Source of the DNA: Lama glama
Lineage: Eukaryota
DNA length: 64,000 nt
Direction of reading: 5' to 3'
Assembly: GCA_028534125.1 (NCBI GenBank)
Contig: CM052818.1
Span: 16,432,001-16,496,000 of the forward strand
This document shows, one piece after another, positions 1 through 10,270 of the stretch. A model generated the notes under the pieces. That model was not told the origin of the DNA, made no database searches, and saw only the letters and a list, made by a program, of their open reading frames with translations. Within the stretch, counting starts at the first letter, position 1, and each line of letters begins with the position of its first letter. The translations under genes and the position numbers were made by a program.

Positions 1-1365
1 GAAGAAGTATCAGCCTTTGTCAGGCTCCAGCTCTTGCCCTCCTGCCAAAGCAGCTAGGCACACACTGTCTGCATAAGGACACTCCTACACAAGGATACAC
101 CTTCAAGACCAGAAGAGGTAACTATTTTGGCTAATTCATAAAGATAAACACAGAAAGTCAAACAAAATGAGAAGACAGAGGAATATGTTCCAAACAAAAG
201 AACAAGATAAAATTCCAGAAAAAAAAAAAAACCCCAGCAAAATGGAGATAAGCAATTTACCTGATAAAGAGTTCAAAGCAATGGTCATAAAAATGCTCAC
301 TAAACTCAGGAGATAAATAAAAGAACATGGTGAGAAATTCAACAAAATATTAAAAATATTTTTAAAAGAACCAATAAGAAATGAAGTTTATAAGAACCAG
401 AGGGAATCAATAGCAGATTAGGTGATACAGAAGAATGGATAAGAAATCTGAAAGTTAGAATAGTGAAAATCATCCAATTAGATCGGCAAAAAGAGAAAAA
501 GAATTTTAAAAATGAAGATAGTTTAAGGGACCTCGGAGACAACATGAAACATATTAACATTCACATTGTATGGGTACTAGAAGGAGAAGGGAGGGGGGAC
601 AGAAACCATATATGATGAAATAATGGCTAAAATTTTCCCTATCTGGGGAAGGAAACAGATACTCAACTCTAGCAACACAGAGAGTCCCAAACAAGATGTA
701 CCCAAAGAGATTCACACCAAGATATATCATAAGTAAAATGGCAAAAGTTAAAGATGAACAGAGAATTTTAAAGGCAGCAAGAGAAAGACAAAGAGTCACA
801 TATAAGAGAACCTTCATAGGACTATCAGCTGATTTTTCAGGAGAAACTTTGAAGGCCAGAAAGGAATGGCATGATACATCTGAAGTGCTGAAAGGAGAAA
901 AAAGAAAAAAGTTACAACCAAGGACATCCTACCTGGTAAGGTTATTATTCAGAACTGAAAGAGAAATAAAGAGTTTCCCAGACAAACAACAACTAAGACA
1001 CTAAACACTAAACCCACATTACAAGAAAAGTTAAAGGTTCCTCTTTAAATGAAAAAGAAAAGGCCATAACAAGAAATAAGAAAATATATGAAGAAAAAAA
1101 TTATCACCGCTAAAGGCAAATATATAGTAAAGCTAGTGGATCAACCACTTAAAAAAACTACTATGAAGGTTAAAAGACAAGTCAAAAATATACTGAGGCA
1201 ACTTAACAAAGTAACACAACTTTTCAAGATTTATGGAAAACAGCAAAAGCAGTTCTAAGCTTGCAAAAATACAAGAAACAAGAAAAATCTCAGATAAACA
1301 ACTTTACACCTAAAGGAATTTGAAAAAGAAGGAAGAACAACCCCCAAAATTAATACAAGGAATGA
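1..1365 (+). mobile_element. LINE-1 remnant: end of 5'UTR, frameshifted ORF1, short ORF2 fragment
   Basis: ATG at 167 reads MRRQRNMFQTKEQDK, typical of an L1 ORF1 start. ORF 696-1004 (TPRYIISKMAKVKDEQRILKAARERQRVTYK...LSADFSGETLKARKEW...EIKSFPDKQQL) resembles the L1 ORF1p C-terminal half. 1190-1365 resembles ORF2 just after the endonuclease domain. Confidence 0.93.
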
Positions 1366-1374
1366 TTCTTACAA

Positions 1375-1681
1375 CGTGAAGGAGGTAGAGTGTCAATGTT
1401 AGAGTGATACAGCATGAGAAGACTCCACGGAATTTAAAAAGATGGAAGAAGGTCCTGAGCCAAGAAATGAGGATAACCACTAAAAGCTAGAGAAGGAAGA
1501 AAGAAAATGGAATCATATCTAGAGCCTCCAGAACAGAAGACATCCCAGGTGACATTCCGATTCCAGCACAATGATACCTACTTCAGACTTTTGATCTTCA
1601 GAAGCTTAAGATAACAAATGTATGTATTTAAAGCCACTAAATAAGTGGTAATTTTTAACAGTAGCAATAGAAAACTAATAC
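1375..1681 (+). mobile_element. MaLR LTR, MLT1D-like, 3' part
   Basis: Contains ctagagcctccagaa and ends aagccactaaataagtggtaatttttaacagtagcaatagaaaactaatac, the MLT1 3' terminus. Confidence 0.8.
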
Positions 1682-1980
1682 TCTTCCCCCAGTTGCTGGG
1701 AATACTGGCTATCGATCACTCAAAAATGTCTCTCACTGAGAACTATCCTCAGTTGTAGGGAACTGTCTAGTTAGGGTTTTTCTTCCTTCCAGAGTATGCT
1801 GATGACTAGCTGATGTGGGGTTACAAAGACCTAAGTTGTAAGTAAATTGCAGGTCAGCTTGTTTCTCTTCCCACTCTTATCTTCAGTTTCTCAAAGTCAT
1901 ACATCCTGAAGACATTTCTCAATAAATTTGCATACAACTCTCCATCTTGGAGTCTGTCTCCTGTAACACAGCTCCATTAA
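1682..1980 (+). mobile_element. ERVL LTR fragment, LTR16-like
   Basis: 3' motif aataaatttgcatacaactctccatcttggagtctgtctcc resembles the LTR16 end. Confidence 0.55.
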
Positions 1981-2859
1981 CACAGACTCTGCATAAAGAG
2001 ACTGTGTCTCTTTACTGACAGCTACTGAAAAAATTCTATGTCTTGAATTTCAGAACTTCTTAGAAACTCTAACTCACTAGTTTTCCATAACGCATTATTT
2101 TCAGTTTTCCCCAAGATTCCACATTTTAACACCCATGTTCCCAACGAACAAAGTAATTTTAACGCACCCTGAAAAACAAAACTTACAAAATTAACTTCAT
2201 GTTTGCTTACAGTTTATCGAAACAGCCTTGCATAACAGAGGCAATCACATTTTTTCTTTGAAAATGTTAAGTTCGCAGTTCAATATTAAATCTAGAAGAG
2301 AGATTTCTATAGAATTGACTGATCATTGTTATGCATTAGGACCTACCCCTTTTTGAGTGGCACCATTATAATTAATTGCTGTTCCTGACTCATAGCTATC
2401 AGATACTGGGTTTCACATGAATTAACAGTTAATAAAATTAATAAGTCTTGCAGAGAGGTCAGGAATCTGAGCAATTCTATTATTTTTGCTTAATTTTCCC
2501 TCTTTGTGAAATATGGATAACTTGAAAAGTACTCATATTCTTCTTTTTACTTTTTTTCTTTTAATGAACTTTTATTGGGCATAATCAGGGAATCTTGTTA
2601 TGTATTTGGCAAAAGGTACATCTCTATTACTGAACTCTTTGTTCAGATGATTCAAACTGAACTTAAAGAGACCCTAGAGTGATTCCAATGTGACAGGAAA
2701 TTTGTTCAGAAAAAAAGTAGACTCCCGTGTCTTCATTCTACATCTTAGGAAATGAAGACTTGAAAGTTTGTGTGACCCCCCCCCCCACAAGTTTATATAC
2801 CTGGTGGCTGCAGAGGCAGGATAGGAATTTAATGAGTTTAATGTTATTTGCATCAAAAG

Positions 2860-3171
2860 AGCCCTTAAAATATAAAGAAGGAAGGGAAATGGGGAGATTC
2901 CATGTCTGAGAGACCCAATTTCCTGCTGTTGGCTTGAAAACTGAAGGGGGCCATGTTGAAAATACAAAAAGAAAGTAATGCTAACAACCTGAGATTTTGG
3001 AAAGAGATGCCAAGCCCCAGATAAGAACTGCAACTTCCACTGACATCTTGATATCAGCCTTATGAAACCCTGATTAATGAAACCAACCATGCATGCTAGA
3101 CTTCTGAACTACAAACGGGTATTATTTCAAGCAGGTAAGTTTGTGGCAATTTGTTAAGCAGCAAAAGAAAA
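2860..3171 (+). mobile_element. MaLR LTR, MLT1E-like
   Basis: gacatcttgatatcagccttatgaaaccctga and terminal aagtttgtggcaatttgttaagcagcaaaagaaaa. Confidence 0.7.
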
Positions 3172-3908
3172 TGCTTTATTTACTGTTATTTTTGCTGTAT
3201 GATCCATTAATAAAACCTTTCTCCTCAGTGTTTCCTTGTGATTACATTCATAGAGTGGGCCATCTAGAAACAATGAAAGGAAGGAACCCCCTATATATGA
3301 CATTCTGCTTGAAGGGTGATCAAATACGGAACATGAAAGCAAGAATGTAGTTGGAGAAACTGCTTTTAACTTCTTATTGAGCCACTATGTGGCTATGTGA
3401 CTTTAAACAAGTCTCTTTTAAATTTTCTTTAAGACTTACATTTCATTTCAGGAATACAAAAACTAAATATGTCTTTCCACTGTAGCTTTTATGAGAGATA
3501 TTGAATGTTACAGTAGAATAATATCCTTCCACTCTAGATATCAATATATACCATTTCTTGGAAAACATCTTAATCTAGCCTCAAAAAGCAGAGGCTGGCT
3601 TAATTTACATTCTCTAATGAGAACTATGTTCAATAAACTGTTTTCTATTTTCAATATACTCTAGAGGATGTGTAAACAGCTATGTCTGATACTAAGGTTC
3701 AGGTAGATGAAAAGTCTGCTGATCACATATAAAACCAAATGCTGCTCATGTAAAATTCACAGCCTTTATTCTGGAAATATTACAGCACAGTTTTTAAGGG
3801 TTATTAAGTTCTGGAATTTGCTAATATGAGTACAAATCCTTATTCTAGAACTTACAAAGCTAACTGTGCCTTGGAAAAGGAATTTAACTTTTTAAAGCCT
3901 ATCTTTCT

Positions 3909-4251
3909 ATATTAGTAAGGGTTTAACCAAATACATAGTAAGAAATTTATCACAAGGAATTGGCTTACACAACTGTGGGGTGGCAAGGCAAATCTGAATT
4001 CCCCAGGGCAGGCAAACTCTCAGGCATGGACTGTAGCTACTATCCACAACTGGAATTTCTTCTTCGTTGGGGTAGTCTCAGCTCTCCTATTAAGGCTTTT
4101 CAGCTGACTGATTCAGGCCCACCTAGAATATCTAGGGTAATCTCCTATATTTAAAGTAAACTGTATCAACCTACAAAACATTTTCATAGCAACATTTAGA
4201 TACTGTTTGTCTGAATCACTGGTAACTGTAGCCTAACCAAAAGACCATCAC
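3909..4251 (-). mobile_element. ERVL LTR, MLT2D-like
   Basis: aaggaattggcttacaca...aaggcttttcagctgactgattcaggcccacc...tagcctaaccaaaagaccatcaca resembles reverse-complement MLT2. Confidence 0.8.
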
Positions 4252-4418
4252 AGTACCTAAACTACAGACTTCTTTTGGGCATTGCTTTCATACATGAGAG
4301 ATTAAATTACAAAAATTTGTTTTATTTAAAATCTAAGGTGCTAAATTTAAACACTAAATTGGATGTGATATCTAGACGGGAAAAAATCTTGAAAACACTA
4401 AATTTGAGAGTGAGTTTG

Positions 4419-4864
4419 TGTAGTGAGTTGAATGGTACCCCACCTTAAAAATATGTCTACCTGGAAGTCCAGAATGTGACTTTATTCTTTGCTGATGTAA
4501 TTAAGGTAAGGATCTTAAGATGAGATCATCCTGGATTAGGTTGGGCCCTAAATACAATGAAGAGTTTCCTTTTAAGACACAGGAGAAAGGACACACAAAG
4601 ACACAGAAAAGTCATGTGAAAATGGAGGCAGAGACTGGAGTGATGCATCTACAAGCCAAGGAATAGCAAGGATTGCCTACAACACGCAGTAAAAGCTAGG
4701 AGGGAGGCTTAGGACATTTCCTCCTTCAGAGTTTCTAGAACCAACCCTTCTGACACTTAAATTTTGGGCCTCTCGCCTCCAGAACTGTAAGAGAATAAAC
4801 AGCTTTTGTTTTAATCCACCAAGTTTGTGGTAATTTGTTACAGTAGCCCCAGGAAACTAATACA
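4419..4864 (+). mobile_element. Full-length MLT1C-like solo LTR with 5-bp TSD
   Basis: TG...CA termini (tgtagtgagttgaatgg ... ggaaactaataca); GTTTG duplicated at 4414-4418 and 4865-4869. Confidence 0.9.
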
Positions 4865-4869
4865 GTTTG

Positions 4870-5285
4870 GTAAATAGTATTACTGACCACAGTTTTTTAA
4901 CTCTTGCTGTAGGCACACACACTTTACCATGTGACTTCTCACTAAAGACGCAGAGTGTAGTTCCCTGCTTCTTTACTTTGGGCTTGGCGATCTGACTTGT
5001 TGGGCTAACTGAATGAGGCAGATGTGACAGTGATTCTGTTCTAAGCCGAGGCCTTCAGAAACCTTATATGTTTCTGCTTGTTCTTTCACACTCTAATGAA
5101 GCTCACAGAAAGAATGTGCTTGGGCCAGCCCACTGGGCCTGGAAGAATGAACAGAATTGCTCCAGCTAAACTCAAGCTAGGTCAGTTGGCTCCTAGCCAA
5201 CATGCAGACTGTGAGCAATAAGAAATTATTGCTTAAGTCACTACATTTCATTATGGTTTTTACACAACAACTGTTTACCAATATA
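4870..5285 (+). mobile_element. Older MaLR LTR, MLT1H/I-like
   Basis: tttgggcttggcgatctgacttg...gcagatgtgacagtg...ttctaagccgaggcctt and 3' gcttaagtcact. Confidence 0.6.
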
Positions 5286-5676
5286 ATGAGGGACTATATC
5301 CCTTTTCAATAACAATGTATTTGCTAAAGATTATTAAAAGTTAATAATTTATATTGAATGTCCTGTTAAGAAGAGTTTTTAAGTGGCAGAAGAATACCAA
5401 AAAAAATATGCAATCTCTTTTCCACATTGGCAGGTCTTGGGTACAGTACTATGTAATTCTTTTAAAATTAATATAAACTGGATTTTGATTTTTTAATATA
5501 CCCAACATAAGTACTTATATCAAGGACATGATGATGCTCCATGTCCAAAAAAAATCCACATCTGATCATACTACTCTCTTACTCTACAACTTCAGTTCAT
5601 AAACATAAATAAGTAAATTCTAAGATCCTTAATAAAGTGAACAAGGCCCTCATGGTCTAATCCTGCTTATTCACCT

Positions 5677-6220
5677 GTAGCAGAGACATTTGTGCCCCCC
5701 ATCATATCCCCTTAGCTCATCTTTGATTTCATCTGCATCTACTGTGGGGAGTTTCTGTGCACAGTTTATGACTCCAATTGATCTCTTGATGACAACATCC
5801 CAACTAAAATGTATGCAGCAAATCCTTAACTTGCCTTCCAGCCTAACGATTCTCCGCCTGGGGTGGAAAGTGATGCTAGGCCAGGAGAGTTCCCAGGTGT
5901 ATCCTGGAAATATGCAAGAAATAATGCCCTAAGACAACCTCAGCTGATGGGAATTGAGTGCCTGTTAAGTAAATGTTCCAGCCTTCTTTCCTTCAGGAGG
6001 ACAATTCTAGGAAATATTATTTATCTTTTTCAGGAGGTGTGGTTAAATCAAGCCCCCACAAAGGAGTGACCTTGATAGTTATTCTTACGTTAGCTTTTTC
6101 TTCTTAATTGAATCACCCTTTCTTCCTTCCAATCTTGCTTCTTAGGATCACCTTCCAAATAAAGTACCTACATCGAAGTTCTTGGCTCAGGTTCTGCTTT
6201 AGGAGAATCCAAGAACGACT
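5677..6220 (+). mobile_element. ERVL LTR, LTR16-family
   Basis: Starts tgtagcagagaca; ends ggatcaccttccaaataaagtacctacatcgaagttcttggctcaggttctgctttaggagaatccaa. Confidence 0.65.
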
Positions 6221-7075
6221 CCCTCACCCCATTCAAATCTCTCATTTTTTCTCTTCTTCCATTTCCCTTCACTCCTTTTCCACCACTTAAGTTAAATTAC
6301 TTACTAGTTCCAAATACTTTGCACATAAAACTTACATGACTGCTTGGAACATTCCCCCCAAGACCTCTTCTTCTACCCATATCTTAACTTCATTCAGATT
6401 TTCCTGCTCTCAAAATTACAGCTACATCTCTTTCATGATGTTACTCCAAAGAAAGTAGGTGCCTTTTCCTAAGTGATACCATATAAGAATCCATATATCA
6501 GTGTACTGATAACCTTGAATAATAAAACATTACTTGCCTTACTCTTTTAGTCCCTATCAGCTTTTATACTTTGCATTATTGTAATAAGGACAGGAAAGTT
6601 TGCTATCAAGTGCACCAAGAACACCATGTTAGGAAATATTAGCTATCCTCCTCTGTTGAACTATATTTCCAGATATTTACCAGCTCTGTTCTCAGAGACT
6701 ACATTTGTTACTCAACACCACTTTTACTGACAGCTTTGTTTTCATCTACATTTGCTATTAAGGTCTCTAACTATAAAATTATATTTCTGGATCAAACCTA
6801 GCAAAATTGAAAAATGTGTTACTATTTAATCCATCCATTCATAAATTCAACACGTAGGTAAGTTCATGTGTGTGTCAGGCACAGCAGTAAGCATTTGGGG
6901 ATACACAGTTAAATAAAACATTGCTCATGCCCTTAAAAACCAGTAGGGAGATTCCAGTTACGAAGTAAACCCAAGGATATACATGAAACATAGATCAACT
7001 TCTCACTTTGCCTAATTTTGCTTTTTTCAAGCTCCCACAAAGAGCACACCCTAAAAAATTTCTTCATGTAAATCT

Positions 7076-7545
7076 CTGTATCAAGGTCTGAAATTTGTCT
7101 TTACCCTACTTACAAACTAAGGGCTACTCTGCTACCCTTTCATAGGTGCTAGCTGAAGAAACAAGACTCCTGGTTCAGAGCCAAATGCAGTTATTACTTC
7201 TAGCAAAGCAAGCAGCATGAGGATAAAATTTGAATCAGCTCTTCCATGACCTCCCGAGCCCAACTGTGCCAAATTAAGGGCCCAGATGGATACCTGCACA
7301 CACTGTATATTCCCTCAGAAAAGAGGAACGCTGAGCTTGGGGAATCCGGCATTCTATAATCAGCAGTGAACAGGTACTCTCTTTTTCTTGCAGGGAGACA
7401 TCATGGCGTGCTTGACTCAAGATCCCTTTCTACATACACAACATTGAGAAATGCCGTGTTTAAAGAATACTCAAGGCCTCACATTCCAGGCACAGCCAGT
7501 GAAGCAGGATTGCTCAGAGTCCACTGTGGATTCCCTCTCCCTATA
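7076..7545 (-). mobile_element. ERVL LTR, LTR40-family
   Basis: tttaccctacttacaaactaa...aagactcctggttcagag...gggcccagatggatacctgcacac...gaggaacgctgagcttggggaatcc resembles reverse-complement LTR40. Confidence 0.7.
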
Positions 7546-7809
7546 CTCTGTATCAGAATTTGCTTCCCAGGGACACCAATCTATCAAAATGATACTCCCT
7601 GTAAAATGGACACTCCACGTAACTAGTTTTTAGCCCCCACCTTATTATTATTTATTCGCTGCTCTCGTCATCCTCCAACACGTAGCTTGTGTGACATATC
7701 GCTTGGCTTGTCCTAATATTTCTTTAAAAATGACACAGTTGTACTATGGACTGATGAGTGCCTCAATGGTCACGTCATACTTCACTGCTAGAAACAAAAA
7801 TGTGTGGAG

Positions 7810-7831
7810 ATATATATATATATATATATAT
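7810..7831. repeat. (TA)n microsatellite
   Basis: About 11 AT units seen directly. Confidence 0.95.
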
Positions 7832-7850
7832 TTGTTTTCTTTTTATTTAC

Positions 7851-8240
7851 CTCAGAGACCTGGCTGCTGGAGGCCCACGGTTCCAGGGTCTTGCGTGAGG
7901 AGTCTCGCACACGCCACGTACCAGGCAAACCTCAGTCCTCTTGGACGCCTGACCCGCCACCAAACTCAGAGTGAGTCACGGTGAGGCGGCGCCTCCCTCA
8001 GGGGCATGGCCAGGTGGCGGTGGACCGGCTCTGGCACGGCCAGGTGATGGGAGCTGGCCCAGAGGCCGTGCAGCAGCGAACCGCCATCGCCGGAACGGTG
8101 CAGCGGAGCAGTGAACTGCGCATGCTCAGAACGCAAATCTCGAGCTTTCCGGGACCGCCGGGAGATTTCCCCGCCGAGCCGCCAGCTTGCGGTGGGAACT
8201 GCGCGGCGCTGGCCGCTCGTCTGACAAGATTCTAGGCCGC
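7851..8240. promoter_or_regulatory. Small CpG-island promoter; probable first exon of an unidentified minus-strand gene
   Basis: Only GC/CpG-rich tract in the window. NRF1-like TGCGCATGCTCA at 8117-8128, YY1-like CCGCCATC at 8081-8088, ETS cores (CCGGAA/TTCCGG), AP-1 TGAGTCA at 7972-7978, minus-strand donor GAG|GTAAAT at 7851/7850. Confidence 0.75.
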
Positions 8241-9349
8241 AGAAAGCTGATTCTGTTCTGAGATGCACAGCCTCCAGGTCAGTTTTTAAATATGCAGAAT
8301 TGTGAAAGATTCTGCCGGGAAAAAGAATTACCAACATGTTATACTTTCAAAGTGTTAAAAAAAAAAAAAAACTCTTTAGTAACACTGAAGTTACTTTCTA
8401 TCTAATAAACGCTGAGGTATTTGCCTCAGTGTGTCCCCCAAATTAGTGAAATTTTAAATCTTAAGCCTTCCTGAGATATTTACACTTATGAAAAAGAATT
8501 TCTTCTGTGAAGAAGGGGAAGGAAAAACGTGTGAGCTTTTTTTTTTGTCTGGAAATGTGTGTTTCTCAAAACCAAAAAAAATTTTAAAAAGTACTTGTCC
8601 AATAATGCTTAGATACCATGATCGTGAACAATTTAAAAATTTCCTCGAAAACATGTAGGTCTCAAAATCTTTTAAAATATTACTGGTAAAGAATTATCTT
8701 TAAATGTAAAGACTTTTTTCCCCAGTGTAGGGAAGAAATTTAGTGATATTATAAGGGATATAAAAATTAAGAGGAAGTGTATAGAAGACCAGCAGTTAGG
8801 AATTCTCAGTGGGAGGGAAAGTGTTCATGGAAAAAATACTTTGATTTGAAAGAACAGCGAGCGGTAAGAAAAGAGGTAATGGCTAGCTGCTTTAATATAT
8901 TGTTCCACTATAATCATCAAATTTACTTTCTTTTTCAGTCTAACTGGTCAGATCAGGTATTCGTTATGTCCTTGTAGAAAAAAAAAAAAGGCTGCGTCAT
9001 TTTACACATTGATTTCACCAAATCCAGTATTATAAAATGTTATTTGAATTGGGAAAGGGCTTGTAATTTTTAATAATTAGGAATGGAGACCGGGTTTCAA
9101 TCTAGTGTATTATTCTGAATTAGTGTTGTGAAAGTTCGGGATCAGGTTTAGATATAGCCAGTTTAAAATGCCTGAGTGCTTTGACAAAATTCTTGCCATG
9201 AAACATAGAATATCTCTGTAACAGAAGAGTGAGTGAAACTTTGTATGTTTCTACAAGTGGCTATCAGAGTCCAGTGCTGGAGTCAAAGAGACTCTGATAT
9301 TTGATAAGAGACATGACAACAATTAGATCCAGAACCCCTTATAAAGTCC

Positions 9350-10270
9350 ACTCAGAAATGAAATATCCAGCCCTACCACAATCAAATTGCACTTAATTCT
9401 CAGGAACTTTGAGAAGAATTTTGGAACTCTTTATTCTAACTGACTGCCTATGCAATTGAGCAACATCTCTGAGCCCCTTCTCCAAGCTGAGAACAAGGAC
9501 AATGTTCCCCTTCTCCTTGAATGACACCACTCCATTATGAGGGCATCGAGTGGGTATGGTAGCCTTCTCAGCTTGCCTTTCTGAATATGAAACTGTTGCC
9601 CTGTGAGTGAGTTGGGGCAAGGCCAGTGAGGACCAGAAAAATCTCAGTCTAGGGTAAATCCTCTGATCTATGGGAAGCATTGGTTGAGGAAGGGAGCCCC
9701 CAAGTTCTTGGTAACAGTCACCAGGAATTTAGCCTCAACCACTTGTCACTGGGAAGTGGAGAAGAGAAATTATGGTAGCCTGCCCTTCGTGTTGAAATAC
9801 TGTATCTCTTGACTGAGAGGTGAGGGAAGAAGGAAACATCAAGCTTCTGTCATCATACTTTTTTTTTTAATATTTACAACTGAGCTTTATTACTTTTTTA
9901 GAGGTAAACAAGCATATCAATGATCAGGGCATGGAAATGAAAAAGGAGGGAGCTCCTGGGCTGCAGATGAACCCAGAAAGATTGTTGATGAGGGTAACTT
10001 GGGTCAGAGGGACCAGACATAGTGGTGGCTGTGGTTATTGTCCAGGTGGATGGAGAGTGGGGGAGTCATGGCCAAGTGCCACCAATTCTCACTATTCCTA
10101 CAAAGATTTGGTAGATTTTCTAAAATAAATGTTTCTTAATTTTCTCTGTGTCCTCAGAACAATTTTCAGAGACTTTAAATGGTTATCTTTTTTATACTTT
10201 TTACCAGTTATCACCGGTATTTCCTTGGGACTGAGGCTGCAGAGCTCCTCAAGCTGACGTTCCAGAAATC
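9350..10270 (-). mobile_element. Old L1 (L1M4/L1MC-type) 5'UTR, interrupted by an insert at ~9859-10045
   Basis: caagtgccaccaattctcactattcctacaaagatttggtagattttctaaaataaatgtttc...tttttaccagtta...gagctcctcaagctgacgttccagaa resembles an antisense L1 5' terminus. Confidence 0.65.
9859..10045 (-). pseudogene. Candidate 5'-truncated retrocopy (3'UTR plus polyA) of unknown source
   Basis: T10 at 9859-9868 and TTTATT at 9886-9891, i.e. AATAAA 17 nt before the A tail on the minus strand; interrupts otherwise colinear L1 5'UTR sequence. Confidence 0.5.

Noticed and set aside
696..1004. 102-aa ORF as a host gene
   Set aside because: Fragment of a frameshifted L1 ORF1
8160..8173. NF-kB-like GGGAGATTTCCCC
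   Set aside because: Imperfect match to the 10-bp consensus; cannot be supported separately from the promoter call
7966..8337. 123-aa minus ORF and overlapping 84/97-aa plus ORFs
   Set aside because: Open frames are expected in GC-rich islands; no recognisable protein similarity
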